A DNA stretch of 64,000 nt, taken from assembly GCA_963674595.2 (NCBI GenBank), contig CAXXFV010000004.1, positions 160,001 to 224,000 on the forward strand. Reading direction: 5' to 3'. Each line of letters starts with the position of its first letter. Position 1 is the stretch's first letter. Shown piece after piece: positions 12,001-19,477 of this stretch. The notes beneath the pieces are model-generated. The model was not told the DNA's origin. It ran no database searches and saw only the letters and a list, made by a program, of their open reading frames with translations. The stretch is from a bacterium (GTDB lineage Bacteria > Zhuqueibacterota > Zhuqueibacteria > Residuimicrobiales > Krinioviventaceae). Made by a program: the position numbers and the translations under genes.

Positions 12001-12286
12001 TTTGTCCGGTCGTATCGATTAACACTTTACGGCTAAAACTGGTAAACTTGCGTTTTAAAATCGGCGTACGAACCCCATCAATAAACATCCCCAAATAAGG
12101 CATTTCTTCAGAAATAGAAACACAAGGATCTGCTATAATAGACGCACGTATCCCTATATAGGATGAACGAGTCGATTGAGAAAAAGATATACTCGAAGGA
12201 AATATTCCTAAAATAAAAAATAAAAAAACCCCAAAAATATAGGATTTCACTGTCAATTTAAGCCGTTTAAATGTCATTAATTGCAA
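6098..12286 (-). CDS. sprA: Type IX secretion system outer-membrane translocon SprA/Sov
   Basis: 2062 aa; V.GKIGDK, L.Y.G..DEIIKSIEAGN, GLFGIK, NSEEVLLNG..L..GTDYTIDY..G, AYIDDFE, PDTEDLNGNG and VWVNELRL motifs; beta-strand-rich C-terminus. The TTG start is uncertain. Confidence 0.9.
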   Translation of the reverse strand: MQLMTFKRLKLTVKSYIFGVFLFFILGIFPSSISFSQSTRSSYIGIRASIIADPCVSISEEMPYLGMFIDGVRTPILKRKFTSFSRKVLIDTTGQNVNLTEKLGDFDFRQPTFLKLSDYVEKRRQNNLNEMWRKSVVSGIGVETGRSGAGSAIRLEIPVEIKNKAFQKVFGTGTVALDVSGDITIKGGFRNEKQSQVKTTYNSGSDNSFKMEQTQRFRVDGKIGDKVTIGVDQDSERAFEFENNLHLNYKGHPDEIIKSIEAGNTSLSLSGTRFVGGSSQGLFGIKVTAEIGNLELQAIASQEKGEKKKLSLSGGASESEKRIEDYNYLRNVYFFIDDYYRLNFLNKDASGNPTYDPSKVLSKFEFYKSGRNYNTMYAESVKGFAIAPTADQQDWATIRLEQNDDEDANHYSGYFIRLEKEDYVFDEQMGYVRLKSPLNSEEVLAVAFRDTSGHEMGDVYFDPETDENIVLRMIKGKNPQPSNRSWYLEWKNVYSLGASNIPRDGFDLKILYKPASGDPIETIDTPEGKKTWLQVFGLDRVNEAGIKTPDNIIDDNQNIINFALGELYFPDLTPFNPQLEEVKKLLPEDNWASALYDTTVQTVINEASQFYIQYTSKTRSSEYRLGMNVIENSEEVLLNGRTLNRGTDYTIDYFTGTLRLLTADATAANAQIEISYESNQLFQIDKKTMMGAYAKYNLWDDSYISGVFTYLNERTLDQKVRVGKGPMRNMIWDLSSKLTFTPFFLTKAANYLPFVDTRAESKINFEGEVAQILPNPNTRNNESTGDNDGVAYIDDFEASKQVTPIPITRRSWSYSSYPKSELYEGKNDITLEHRGKLIYDNPVVQTSMKEIWPERDISGDVAKSVATLMLQFTPADTVDDVRSSWNGIQKALSSGYSDQTEAKYLEVWVKIPESQRHTTGTLHIDMGQISEDVIPNGEYDTEDKEVNSIRNSILDDGEDVGLDGMANNSPIAQKYGGDFWDINRNEKRDYGEPFSNDDYSYSQEQNRNYNFLNVNGTEGNADDAGGRIPDTEDLNGNGDVDLRNDYFEYTFSLRSDHPDTAFISGSSGSYGWRQYRIPLNAPEPTKTVIGSPNFSQIEYIRIWMDGFEKIDRNSYYTIQIAEVNLVGSEWKEMGIASPEFPEEYEITQDSVIAVTVINTHDNPEYAAGLAPPGVQGVVDRVTQVQQREQSLVIKVNNLNPGYNGTIIKTFYEAQDYINYNTLKMFVYGKDDFGQHITNDSTRIEFFLRLGADKNNYYEIRRPVFPGWTKNNIEIDLVKLSQVKYTGTLVEDENSTVTVRVDTIDGHFITVKGNPALRNIRQLVMGVKNLGQDELGDKANDLMPFVGQVWVNELRLSNVKKDKGMAYRAKMDFSLADLARFSGEMEKKDADFHDIQTRFGDGNNKLSGRFTTSFNVDKFLPSQLGIALPVSINYSRSESTPKYIPGTDVQISDSLPDSTIEKTQTISEQRGMSVSFRINSRSQNFVVKHLLSKFSANYSQNLGHSRSSTTKAADTKNESGSMNWGVNFSNNNYIRPFSWLGKGRLVTRIAEMKLYYTPRTINTKISGTRSKNNTLLRSGIETENSSFNVSRNVSGTMDVTESVQVDISRSYVNDLRDVDTDTLKEQLKQFKMGLLTSVDQNFGVKYRPQLFSWMTSNFSYSTTYKFNFNRQQSVRPRSATQSINYMASGSVKLGTLFSSIYRPSRGGQRRSTSRRQAPGAKSKQSQQTDNNSGGGFSVLGIFSGFFNIFDPFSISYSERTQMSAYDLAGVPTTAFQFGFSKDTGVPSEIYEGNTSGKKNSESQSTSLQVSSGFSLSRNVKLSLKYDNSASENSSSTTTSGQTSESWLKFGEDVSMPFPDWTVRVSGMEKLPFLNKYMSRVSFDHNYSGKISGNYDVDAGVKTPTKEATDISFRPLIGLTFSWKNGISMAVKYNSTERTTYTLKGGSGGQKNTSTDLSISARYTKRGNFRIPLPFFNKRLKNSVDISLTFNMGDNITYKNRKDEDFVVTSETSKWFLKPNMSYSFSDRVKGGAYFEIGKTSNKLVGDSSYKELGIDVNIAIRGN

Positions 12287-12575
12287 ACAGAGTAGCTATA
12301 CTCATTCCTGTAAAGAATTCAAAAATAACAAAAGATATTTCATTTACCGTATCAATAACTTTTATAAGCTTCTCCATTATTTTAGGTTTTATAGGCAGGA
12401 TTTTATATTTAAATTAATTCTATGCCGGAACTGCTTTAGGCAATATTCGTTCAATTTATTAAAACTAGATGTTAAATTCAATATAAAAAAATTGTATTGC
12501 AGCATTCAAATCATTATATTTTATCGTTTACTGTTGTGATAAGTTCCATTTTTTTTCAAAAAGAAAGAGAAAATC

Positions 12576-13982
12576 GTGCTTATTTTATGGCGCTACATAA
12601 TTAAAGAACATATAAAACCTTTTTTCTTTGCTATCAGTGTTATTACTCTTGTATTTCTACTGAATCTTGTTTTCCGTGAGTTAGGTCGTATTTTAAGCAG
12701 AGGTCTCAGTTTTCCGCTGGTTGCCGAATTCTTTTTTTTAAACCTCGCTTCCATTATTGCTCTATCGGTGCCCATGGCTGTGCTGGTTTCAACATTAATG
12801 GCATTTGGCCGACTTTCCGGGGACAGTGAAATTATAGCTATGAAAGCCAGCGGTGTCAGCATTATTCGGATCATGTTGCCTATTCTGTTTATGTCGTCCC
12901 TTCTGGCTATTTTTTTAATGTGGTTTAATAATCAAATACTACCGGACTTTAATCACCGTTCACGCCTTTTGGCAAGTGACATTGCCAGGAAAAGACCCAC
13001 TCTCAACCTTGAAGCAGGCGTCATCTATAGAGACATTCCTGACTATAATATTCTGGTACAGTCTATTAAAGAAACACAGGATACGGCTTTTGTAAAATCA
13101 ATCTTTATCGAAGAAAAAAGCGACCCAACCAAAAGTCTGATTATTTTTGCTGAACATGGAAAAATCTTTTCTCAGGAAACCAGAGGACTTATTTACCTGA
13201 TTTTGTATGATGGAGAAATGCATGAGATGGACCTTGAAAAGATGGACCATTATCGCAAACTGGAGTTTCCAAAACAAATTTTAACCATTAACATCCCGGA
13301 AATGATACTACACCGAAGTGATTCTGAATATCGTGGTGACCGGGAAAAAAGCGCACAACAAATGCACAAAGAAGTTCAGGAAAACAGAAAATCCATTAAC
13401 GAAAGAAAAGTAAATATAGCAAACGCTATAAACAGACATTTTGAAAAATATTTTCCTTTAAAAGCCCAAAATATTAAAACACAAAAAGTTGAGGAGCTTG
13501 AACCGGACACTTACCGGCAACTGTCCCTGCCTGTAAAAAACAATGAAAAACAATTAATCGGAAAAATCAGAAGAGACCATCAAAATCTTTTACAACAGAT
13601 TAAAAGTGAACGACATATTATATCACAACTGGAACGAGGCAATTCCGGTCTTTTGGTTGAAATACATAAAAAATATTCAATCCCAATTGCCTGTATTGTT
13701 TTTATTCTGATTGGTTCTCCATTGGGAATTATGGCAAGAAAAGGAAATATGGCTGTTGCCACCGGCATAAGTTTTGTCTTTTTTCTTATCTATTGGATAT
13801 CACTCATCGGAGGAGAAGACCTGGCAGATCGTCAAATTATCTCTCCTATTATTGCTATGTGGGGGGCCAATATTATTGTAGGCATAAGCGGACTATATCT
13901 TGTTATACACTCTATACGTGAAACCACATTTGTTAACTGGACAGCCTTGCAAAACTTTTTTACACGAAAGAAAAATAAATGA
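12576..13982 (+). CDS. lptF: LPS export ABC transporter permease LptF (YjgP/YjgQ family)
   Basis: PMAVLVSTLMAFGRLSGDSEIIAMKASG and EIHKKYSIP..C..F.LIG.PLG motifs; 3+3 TM layout. Confidence 0.9.
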   Translation: MLILWRYIIKEHIKPFFFAISVITLVFLLNLVFRELGRILSRGLSFPLVAEFFFLNLASIIALSVPMAVLVSTLMAFGRLSGDSEIIAMKASGVSIIRIMLPILFMSSLLAIFLMWFNNQILPDFNHRSRLLASDIARKRPTLNLEAGVIYRDIPDYNILVQSIKETQDTAFVKSIFIEEKSDPTKSLIIFAEHGKIFSQETRGLIYLILYDGEMHEMDLEKMDHYRKLEFPKQILTINIPEMILHRSDSEYRGDREKSAQQMHKEVQENRKSINERKVNIANAINRHFEKYFPLKAQNIKTQKVEELEPDTYRQLSLPVKNNEKQLIGKIRRDHQNLLQQIKSERHIISQLERGNSGLLVEIHKKYSIPIACIVFILIGSPLGIMARKGNMAVATGISFVFFLIYWISLIGGEDLADRQIISPIIAMWGANIIVGISGLYLVIHSIRETTFVNWTALQNFFTRKKNK

Positions 13983-15055
13983 CCCTGCTTGATCGCTATA
14001 TATCAAAACGCTTTTTACAGGTTTTGTTTTTTTCTCTGTTTGCATTTTTAACTGTATTTGTGGTCGTTAATATGATTGAAAAGATGGATGACTTTTTAAA
14101 TCAGAACGTCCCCAAATTTGTTATTATGCAATTTTATCTCAGCTCACTTCCATATTTTGTTGTGCTTTGTTTACCAATTTCAATGCTGTTGGCAAGTTTA
14201 TTTAGCGTCGGCAACATGACAAGACAAAATGAAATAATGGCCATGAAAGCATCCGGAATTTCTCTTTACCGAATCTTTTTGCCGCTATATTTTATCGGAT
14301 TTCTGGTCAGCATCGGGGCATTTTATTTTGGAGAATATGTCGTTCCTTATGCCAGTGAAAAAAGGGAATATATTAAAGATGAGTATATGGAAAAACATCG
14401 TGAAAGCTGGCGAAAATCCATCAAAGACGTTTATGCGCGCGATAATATGGACCGTTTGATAAATATTCGCTCTTATAACACAGCCAGAAATGTCGGCAGA
14501 ATCGTCAGCGTTCGAAAATTTGAAGGGGATGAACTTGTTAAAAGGATTGATGCCAAAACCATTACCTGGAAAGACAGTTCCTGGATTCTTCATGACGGCT
14601 ACCAAAGATCTTTCCCGGAAAGCCCTGAAAATACCGGTCCATTCCGGGAAATGCATCTGCAAAATTGCAATTTAACCCCAAAAGACTTTGCTAAAAACCT
14701 GAAACTTCCTGAAGAAATGTCATCAGTAGAACTTGGGGAGTTTATTAAAGAAGTCGAAAGAAACGGCAGTAATCCGGAAAAATGGCTGGTAGATTATTAT
14801 TTAAAATTTTCTTTTCCCCTGGCAAACCTGATCATAGTCCTTTTTGGTGCACCTTTTTCATCTCAAACCCGCCGTGGCAGTGCCGCAACCGGTTTTGGTA
14901 TAAGTTTACTTGTCTGCTTTGTGTATTTTGGTATTGTAAAAACATCCCAAGCTGTTGGTCACAACGGCTATTTGCCGCCGCTTATTGCTGCCTGGCTGGC
15001 AAATATCGTATTTCTGGTCGGGGGTGTTTTTGTAACTTTTAAAGCACCCAAATAA
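13979..15055 (+). CDS. lptG: LPS export ABC transporter permease LptG
   Basis: LLDRYI, LPISMLLASL, NEIMAMKASGISLYRI and AAWLANI motifs; ATGA overlap with lptF. Confidence 0.9.
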   Translation: MTLLDRYISKRFLQVLFFSLFAFLTVFVVVNMIEKMDDFLNQNVPKFVIMQFYLSSLPYFVVLCLPISMLLASLFSVGNMTRQNEIMAMKASGISLYRIFLPLYFIGFLVSIGAFYFGEYVVPYASEKREYIKDEYMEKHRESWRKSIKDVYARDNMDRLINIRSYNTARNVGRIVSVRKFEGDELVKRIDAKTITWKDSSWILHDGYQRSFPESPENTGPFREMHLQNCNLTPKDFAKNLKLPEEMSSVELGEFIKEVERNGSNPEKWLVDYYLKFSFPLANLIIVLFGAPFSSQTRRGSAATGFGISLLVCFVYFGIVKTSQAVGHNGYLPPLIAAWLANIVFLVGGVFVTFKAPK

Positions 15056-15059
15056 GTAG

Positions 15060-16055
15060 TTAACTTCCACTATTTGTTAAAGTATATAACAATTTTTCAA
15101 CTTTTTTGGCAATTTCAGACGAATCTTGAGACACATCAACCGGCAGTTTTTCACCATTTTGGTTCTGGAAATAGATGGCATTTAAAAAATCCTGTAATAC
15201 ATCTTTGGGCAGTTTTGCAGAATATATAAAAATCCGGTTTCGTCTGTTTGTGCGGCTCATTTCAATTTTTTTCGCTCCAATTGGTGTGAGTAGCGTAAAC
15301 TCGTTTTTGGGAGATATTTGCTTCTTTTCTAAAAAACGTTTATCAACAAGTTTATTTAGGACAATATCAAGTTCAGATCTTGTCATTCCGCCAGTGGTAT
15401 CAAATTGTGCAAAAATGTCCAGGTCTGAAACCTCACCCTTTTCATAGATAACACTCATGGCTTGCATCTCTTTCTCATCAGGGAAAAAATCAAGTTCCGG
15501 ATTCGTATTTTTGGGTAATATCTTTTCTTTTACAGCCTTTAAGCCTTTAAATAAAAGATAAGGTACGTCAACAGTTTGATCATGTCCGGTTTGCTGTTTT
15601 TTAATATTTTGTTCAATTTGGTCATTAATTAAGGCAGGGTTCGGCGCCTTATTGCCGGAATTGGTTAATAAATCAGCATTAAATCGATTGGATGTTTTTA
15701 CCGTGTCCTTAAAATTTTGAAAATGAAATTGAGGCTGCAAGGCAAACAACCGCTCCCGAACGGATTGTTTTACAGTATCCTGAGCCGCAACCTTTTCAGG
15801 CCTTAAAACCGGCTCAATAAATGATTCTTTTTCCAGGTCCTTTATAACCGGTTCAGTCGGTTGCTTAAATACAGAACGTGGTGCCGGCGGCGTAACAAGG
15901 GGTTTTTCAATAATGGCAGGTGGTTCATTCATGAGTGAAATATCAAACTTTAAATATTTTATCTTTTTTTCAGGTACATTTATACGGCCAAGCAATAATA
16001 CAATTAAAACATGAAAAAGCAGTGAACAAACAACAGCAATATGGAAAGGTTTCAT
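15060..16055 (-). CDS. Hypothetical membrane-anchored protein: TonB-like anchor, Pro-rich linker and putative BlaI/MecI-like winged-helix domain
   Basis: N-terminal TM with SxxxH (SLLFH); PPAIIEKPLVTPPAP linker; aa ~190-292 resemble the penicillinase-repressor wHTH (by eye). Confidence 0.6.
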   Translation of the reverse strand: MKPFHIAVVCSLLFHVLIVLLLGRINVPEKKIKYLKFDISLMNEPPAIIEKPLVTPPAPRSVFKQPTEPVIKDLEKESFIEPVLRPEKVAAQDTVKQSVRERLFALQPQFHFQNFKDTVKTSNRFNADLLTNSGNKAPNPALINDQIEQNIKKQQTGHDQTVDVPYLLFKGLKAVKEKILPKNTNPELDFFPDEKEMQAMSVIYEKGEVSDLDIFAQFDTTGGMTRSELDIVLNKLVDKRFLEKKQISPKNEFTLLTPIGAKKIEMSRTNRRNRIFIYSAKLPKDVLQDFLNAIYFQNQNGEKLPVDVSQDSSEIAKKVEKLLYTLTNSGS

Positions 16056-16211
16056 AATTCAAATGTGCCCAACATGACCCGAAAAAAACATTTAATTATT
16101 AATACGTTTTTTACCCAAAACAGTTCCCTCGATTTCGATAAATAACTTGCTTTTTATTATGTTATAGACTAAGTTTTTAATCAATAAAAAATTGTTTTTA
16201 AAGGAATATTC

Positions 16212-16529
16212 ATGGACTCTTTTATTCTTGTATTCAGCACATTTAGTTCTGAAGAAGAAGCAAAAAAAATCAGCAATCAGGTTGTAAAAGCAAGGCTGGC
16301 CGCCTGTGCCAATATAGTACCTAAGGTACACTCTATATTTCACTGGAAAAACGAATTATCGCATGAAGATGAAGTTATAGTTTTAATGAAAACACAAAAA
16401 AAACATTTAAAAGAACTTGTACTATGGATACAATCGCACCATAGCTATGAACTTCCCGAAGTGATAGCGTTACCGATTATCGGCGGTTCAGAAGAGTATT
16501 TAGACTGGATTAAAGAAGAAACATCCTGA
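16212..16529 (+). CDS. cutA: Divalent-cation tolerance protein CutA
   Basis: LAACANI, SIFHW, HSYELPEVIALPI..GS.EYLDWI motifs. Confidence 0.95.
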   Translation: MDSFILVFSTFSSEEEAKKISNQVVKARLAACANIVPKVHSIFHWKNELSHEDEVIVLMKTQKKHLKELVLWIQSHHSYELPEVIALPIIGGSEEYLDWIKEETS

Positions 16530-16544
16530 CCCATAGGAAATATA

Positions 16545-17300
16545 TTGAAACTAACAATATTAGGTTCCGGTACCTGCGTGCCTGTAAAAAATCGTTCCTG
16601 CGCATCATATTACATACAATTTGAAAACCAACACCTGATTTTTGACATCGGTTGCGGAACGTTGCGGCGGATGGCAGAAGCCGGGGTTCCCTATTCTGAA
16701 ATCGATAGTGTGATGATTACCCATACTCACCCGGACCATGTGTCGGACCTTGCGCCGTTTATTATGGCACTTAATCATACACCCGGCCTGCACAGGACAA
16801 AACCGTTAAATCTTTATGGACCTGCCGGATTTACCGATTTTATCAACAACCTCAAAGAAACATTTGGGACAAGTTTGCTGGAACCCAAAACATTTCAACT
16901 GAACATTATTGAAATGGAAAACGAATCTATTCAGAACTCTGATTATAAACTGGCAGCCTTAAACCTTAAACACAGCCGGAATACAGTCGGATATCGTTTG
17001 GAACATAAACATAAAGTTTTCGTTTACTCTGGTGATACCGAACTCTGCGATAATATTATCAAACTGGCACAAAACGCCGATATGGCTTTGCTGGAATGCT
17101 CTGCACCGGACCATGAACCTTTACCGGGACATTTAACGATTTCACAAACTTTGGATATTGCAGAAAAAGCAGGCTGCAAAAAACTCATTTTAACCCATTT
17201 TTATCCGGCAATGGAAGAAATTCAATTAACCCGGGATTATGAAAAAAAATTCTCCGGTGACATAATAAAAGCGCAAGATTTTTTAATTACAAACGTTTAA
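16545..17300 (+). CDS. MBL-fold metallo-hydrolase, RNase Z/BN-like
   Basis: LTILGSGT, THTHPDH, YSGDT and LILTHFYP motifs. Confidence 0.85.
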   Translation: MKLTILGSGTCVPVKNRSCASYYIQFENQHLIFDIGCGTLRRMAEAGVPYSEIDSVMITHTHPDHVSDLAPFIMALNHTPGLHRTKPLNLYGPAGFTDFINNLKETFGTSLLEPKTFQLNIIEMENESIQNSDYKLAALNLKHSRNTVGYRLEHKHKVFVYSGDTELCDNIIKLAQNADMALLECSAPDHEPLPGHLTISQTLDIAEKAGCKKLILTHFYPAMEEIQLTRDYEKKFSGDIIKAQDFLITNV

Positions 17301-17320
17301 ACCTCTAAAAAGAACTTGGA

Positions 17321-18283
17321 ATGCCCCTTTTCATTCAAAAACATTTTACAAAAATAGCAATTATTGTTTCTATTATCCTGCACTTATTGTTTTTCCTGAC
17401 ATACAGGTATTGGGCTAATATGTTTGGCCTTTTATCCATTCTTAAAAATCTGGAAGCAACAACTGAAGTTGAACCTATCGAGTTTGAACTTGTTGATCCG
17501 GCGCCTCCCCCAAAAAGAAGTAATGAGATTATAGAAACCCCGGATGAAGCAAAGATTGATGCCCCGTCCCCTAACGCTAAATATGCTTCCGACAAAAACA
17601 CACAAGCCCAGGACCTTTATGAAAATAAGGATTTACCGACAGGAGAATCTTATTCTAACGGAATTTCCAAATATCATCTGTTTGCCGGTGGAGGAATGCC
17701 GCAGGAAGTAAATCAATCCCAAAAACAGGAAAATGAAGGGACAGAGGGAGAGCAAAGCAGAAATCAGGAAAACAATAAGGGTGAATTTGCGCAAACACAG
17801 GAAGGAGATATCGATTTAGGATCTGTTCAGCGGCAATCGAGCAGAACATCCCGGTTTACCAAAGAACTGTTATCCGGTAAAGGCAATATCCAAAATCAAC
17901 ATACACAAGCGTTCAGCGACGATGCTGACTGGAAAAATATTGATACAAACGCCGATGTATTGGGCGGTATTTCTCTTAGCGCCTACGATTGGGATTTTGC
18001 ACCCTATATTCTATACCTTAAAAAGCGTATACGTCAACACCTTTATCCTCCTGCTGCATTTTATCGAATGGGAATGATAAGCGGCGAGGTGACAATAAAA
18101 TTTAGAATACACCCCGACGGTACATTATCCGATGTGGAAGTTGTTTCCACCAAAGGACACAAAGCGTTTGTGCCGCCAAGTGAAAATTCCATTATTGCAT
18201 CAAGCCCGTTTCGGCCGTTGCCTGACAGTTTCAAACACCCTTTTTTAGACATTACAAGTACCTTTATGTTTAACATATATTAG
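17321..18283 (+). CDS. tonB: Energy transducer TonB/TolA-type protein
   Basis: N-terminal TM with SIILH, low-complexity linker, C-terminal domain (YPP.A...G.V.I.FRI.PDG...SPF.PLP); directly upstream of exbB/exbD. Confidence 0.8.
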   Translation: MPLFIQKHFTKIAIIVSIILHLLFFLTYRYWANMFGLLSILKNLEATTEVEPIEFELVDPAPPPKRSNEIIETPDEAKIDAPSPNAKYASDKNTQAQDLYENKDLPTGESYSNGISKYHLFAGGGMPQEVNQSQKQENEGTEGEQSRNQENNKGEFAQTQEGDIDLGSVQRQSSRTSRFTKELLSGKGNIQNQHTQAFSDDADWKNIDTNADVLGGISLSAYDWDFAPYILYLKKRIRQHLYPPAAFYRMGMISGEVTIKFRIHPDGTLSDVEVVSTKGHKAFVPPSENSIIASSPFRPLPDSFKHPFLDITSTFMFNIY

Positions 18284-18322
18284 AATAAATTTACTTTCAA
18301 CCTACAAAAGGACCGACAATTC

Positions 18323-18943
18323 ATGAATCAAGTTATTTCAACACTGGCTCGCGGCGGCATTGTAATGATCCCGCTGGTTCTCTGCTCTATCATCGGCCTT
18401 GCCGTTGTTATTGAAAAATTTTACAATTTGAGAAAAAATAAAATCCTGATACCGGAAATTATTTCGGTCATCGAATCCATTAAAAGCCTTCAGGACGTTA
18501 AACTGGCCACAACAATATGTGAACGCAATAACGGCCCGTTTCCAAATATTATCCTTTCAGGCCTGAGAAACCAGAACCTTGAAATGGAAGAAATTAAAGA
18601 GCTTATAAACGACGAAGGGCGTCAACAGGTGAGAACGCTCGAACGCGGTCTGCCGGTCCTTGAAACCGTAGCAAGCATAGCGCCCCTGCTTGGACTTTTG
18701 GGAACTGTTCTTGGTATGATCAAAGTGTTTACTGTTATCTCAACACAAGGTACCGGACAGGCAAGCCTTTTGGCCGGAGGTATTTCGGAAGCGCTTATCA
18801 CCACCGCAACCGGACTTGTTATCGGTATCCCTTTGCTGGTGGCTTTTAATTATTTTACAAACAAGGCAGAAAATTTTATCATGGATATTGAAAAATATTC
18901 AACAGACCTGCTGCAAAAAATTCGCTTAATTAATGAGAAATAA
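18323..18943 (+). CDS. exbB: MotA/TolQ/ExbB proton channel
   Basis: LETVASIAPLLGLLGTVLGMI and GISEALITTATGL motifs. Confidence 0.92.
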   Translation: MNQVISTLARGGIVMIPLVLCSIIGLAVVIEKFYNLRKNKILIPEIISVIESIKSLQDVKLATTICERNNGPFPNIILSGLRNQNLEMEEIKELINDEGRQQVRTLERGLPVLETVASIAPLLGLLGTVLGMIKVFTVISTQGTGQASLLAGGISEALITTATGLVIGIPLLVAFNYFTNKAENFIMDIEKYSTDLLQKIRLINEK

Positions 18944-18946
18944 TTT

Positions 18947-19353
18947 ATGCAGTTTAAAGAAAAAAAGAAAAAAGCACACGGTATTAATATTACATCATTA
19001 ATTGATGTTATGTTTATCCTTTTAATATTTTTATGGTTTCTTCGAGTTTTGTAGAACAACCGGGAATGAAACTTGAACTGCCCACCATAAAATCAAAACA
19101 AGTCGCACGTATTGAAAATTTGGTCATTTACATATCCAAAGACGATCAAGTTTATTTGCAAAACCAAAAAGTCGAACTTGAAACCCTTGGTGAAGCAATT
19201 AAAAAGCAAATCCCCAATCTTGAAGAAAAAACACTGGTATTAAAGGCAGATAAAGAAGCAGAGCATGGTATTGTCGTTCAGATTATGGATATTGCCAAAC
19301 AAAGTGGTTTGAAAAAAATCGTCATAGGAACCCGTATTGAAGGTGAAGGTTAA
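18947..19353 (+). CDS. exbD: ExbD/TolR biopolymer transport protein, with a one-base frameshift at the T-run 19028-19032
   Basis: ATG at 18947 gives MQFKEKKKKAHGINITSLIDVMFILLIF (ExbD TM with the conserved Asp). Adding one T joins it in frame to FMVSSSF...LKADK...MDIAK..G. The ORF track shows only the 19033-19353 part. Confidence 0.88.
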
Positions 19354-19367
19354 ACCTTTCACCTTCA
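19338..19367 (+). terminator. Hairpin overlapping the exbD stop, possible terminator
   Basis: TGAAGGTGAAGGT-taa-ACCTTTCACCTTCA (one bulge); T-run shortly downstream. Confidence 0.5.
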
Positions 19368-19477
19368 TGAATGCTGTTTTTTTCCAGCTTGTTTTAAAAA
19401 AAGATAGCACCCTCGCAACTTTTTTAATATATTATTCCTTCCGGTATAATTAAAAAAATAAAACAACAACTAATGCT

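Noticed and set aside
19033-19353. 106-aa ORF as a complete TM-less ExbD
   Set aside because: The TM segment is encoded from 18947 in another frame, so this is one frameshifted gene.
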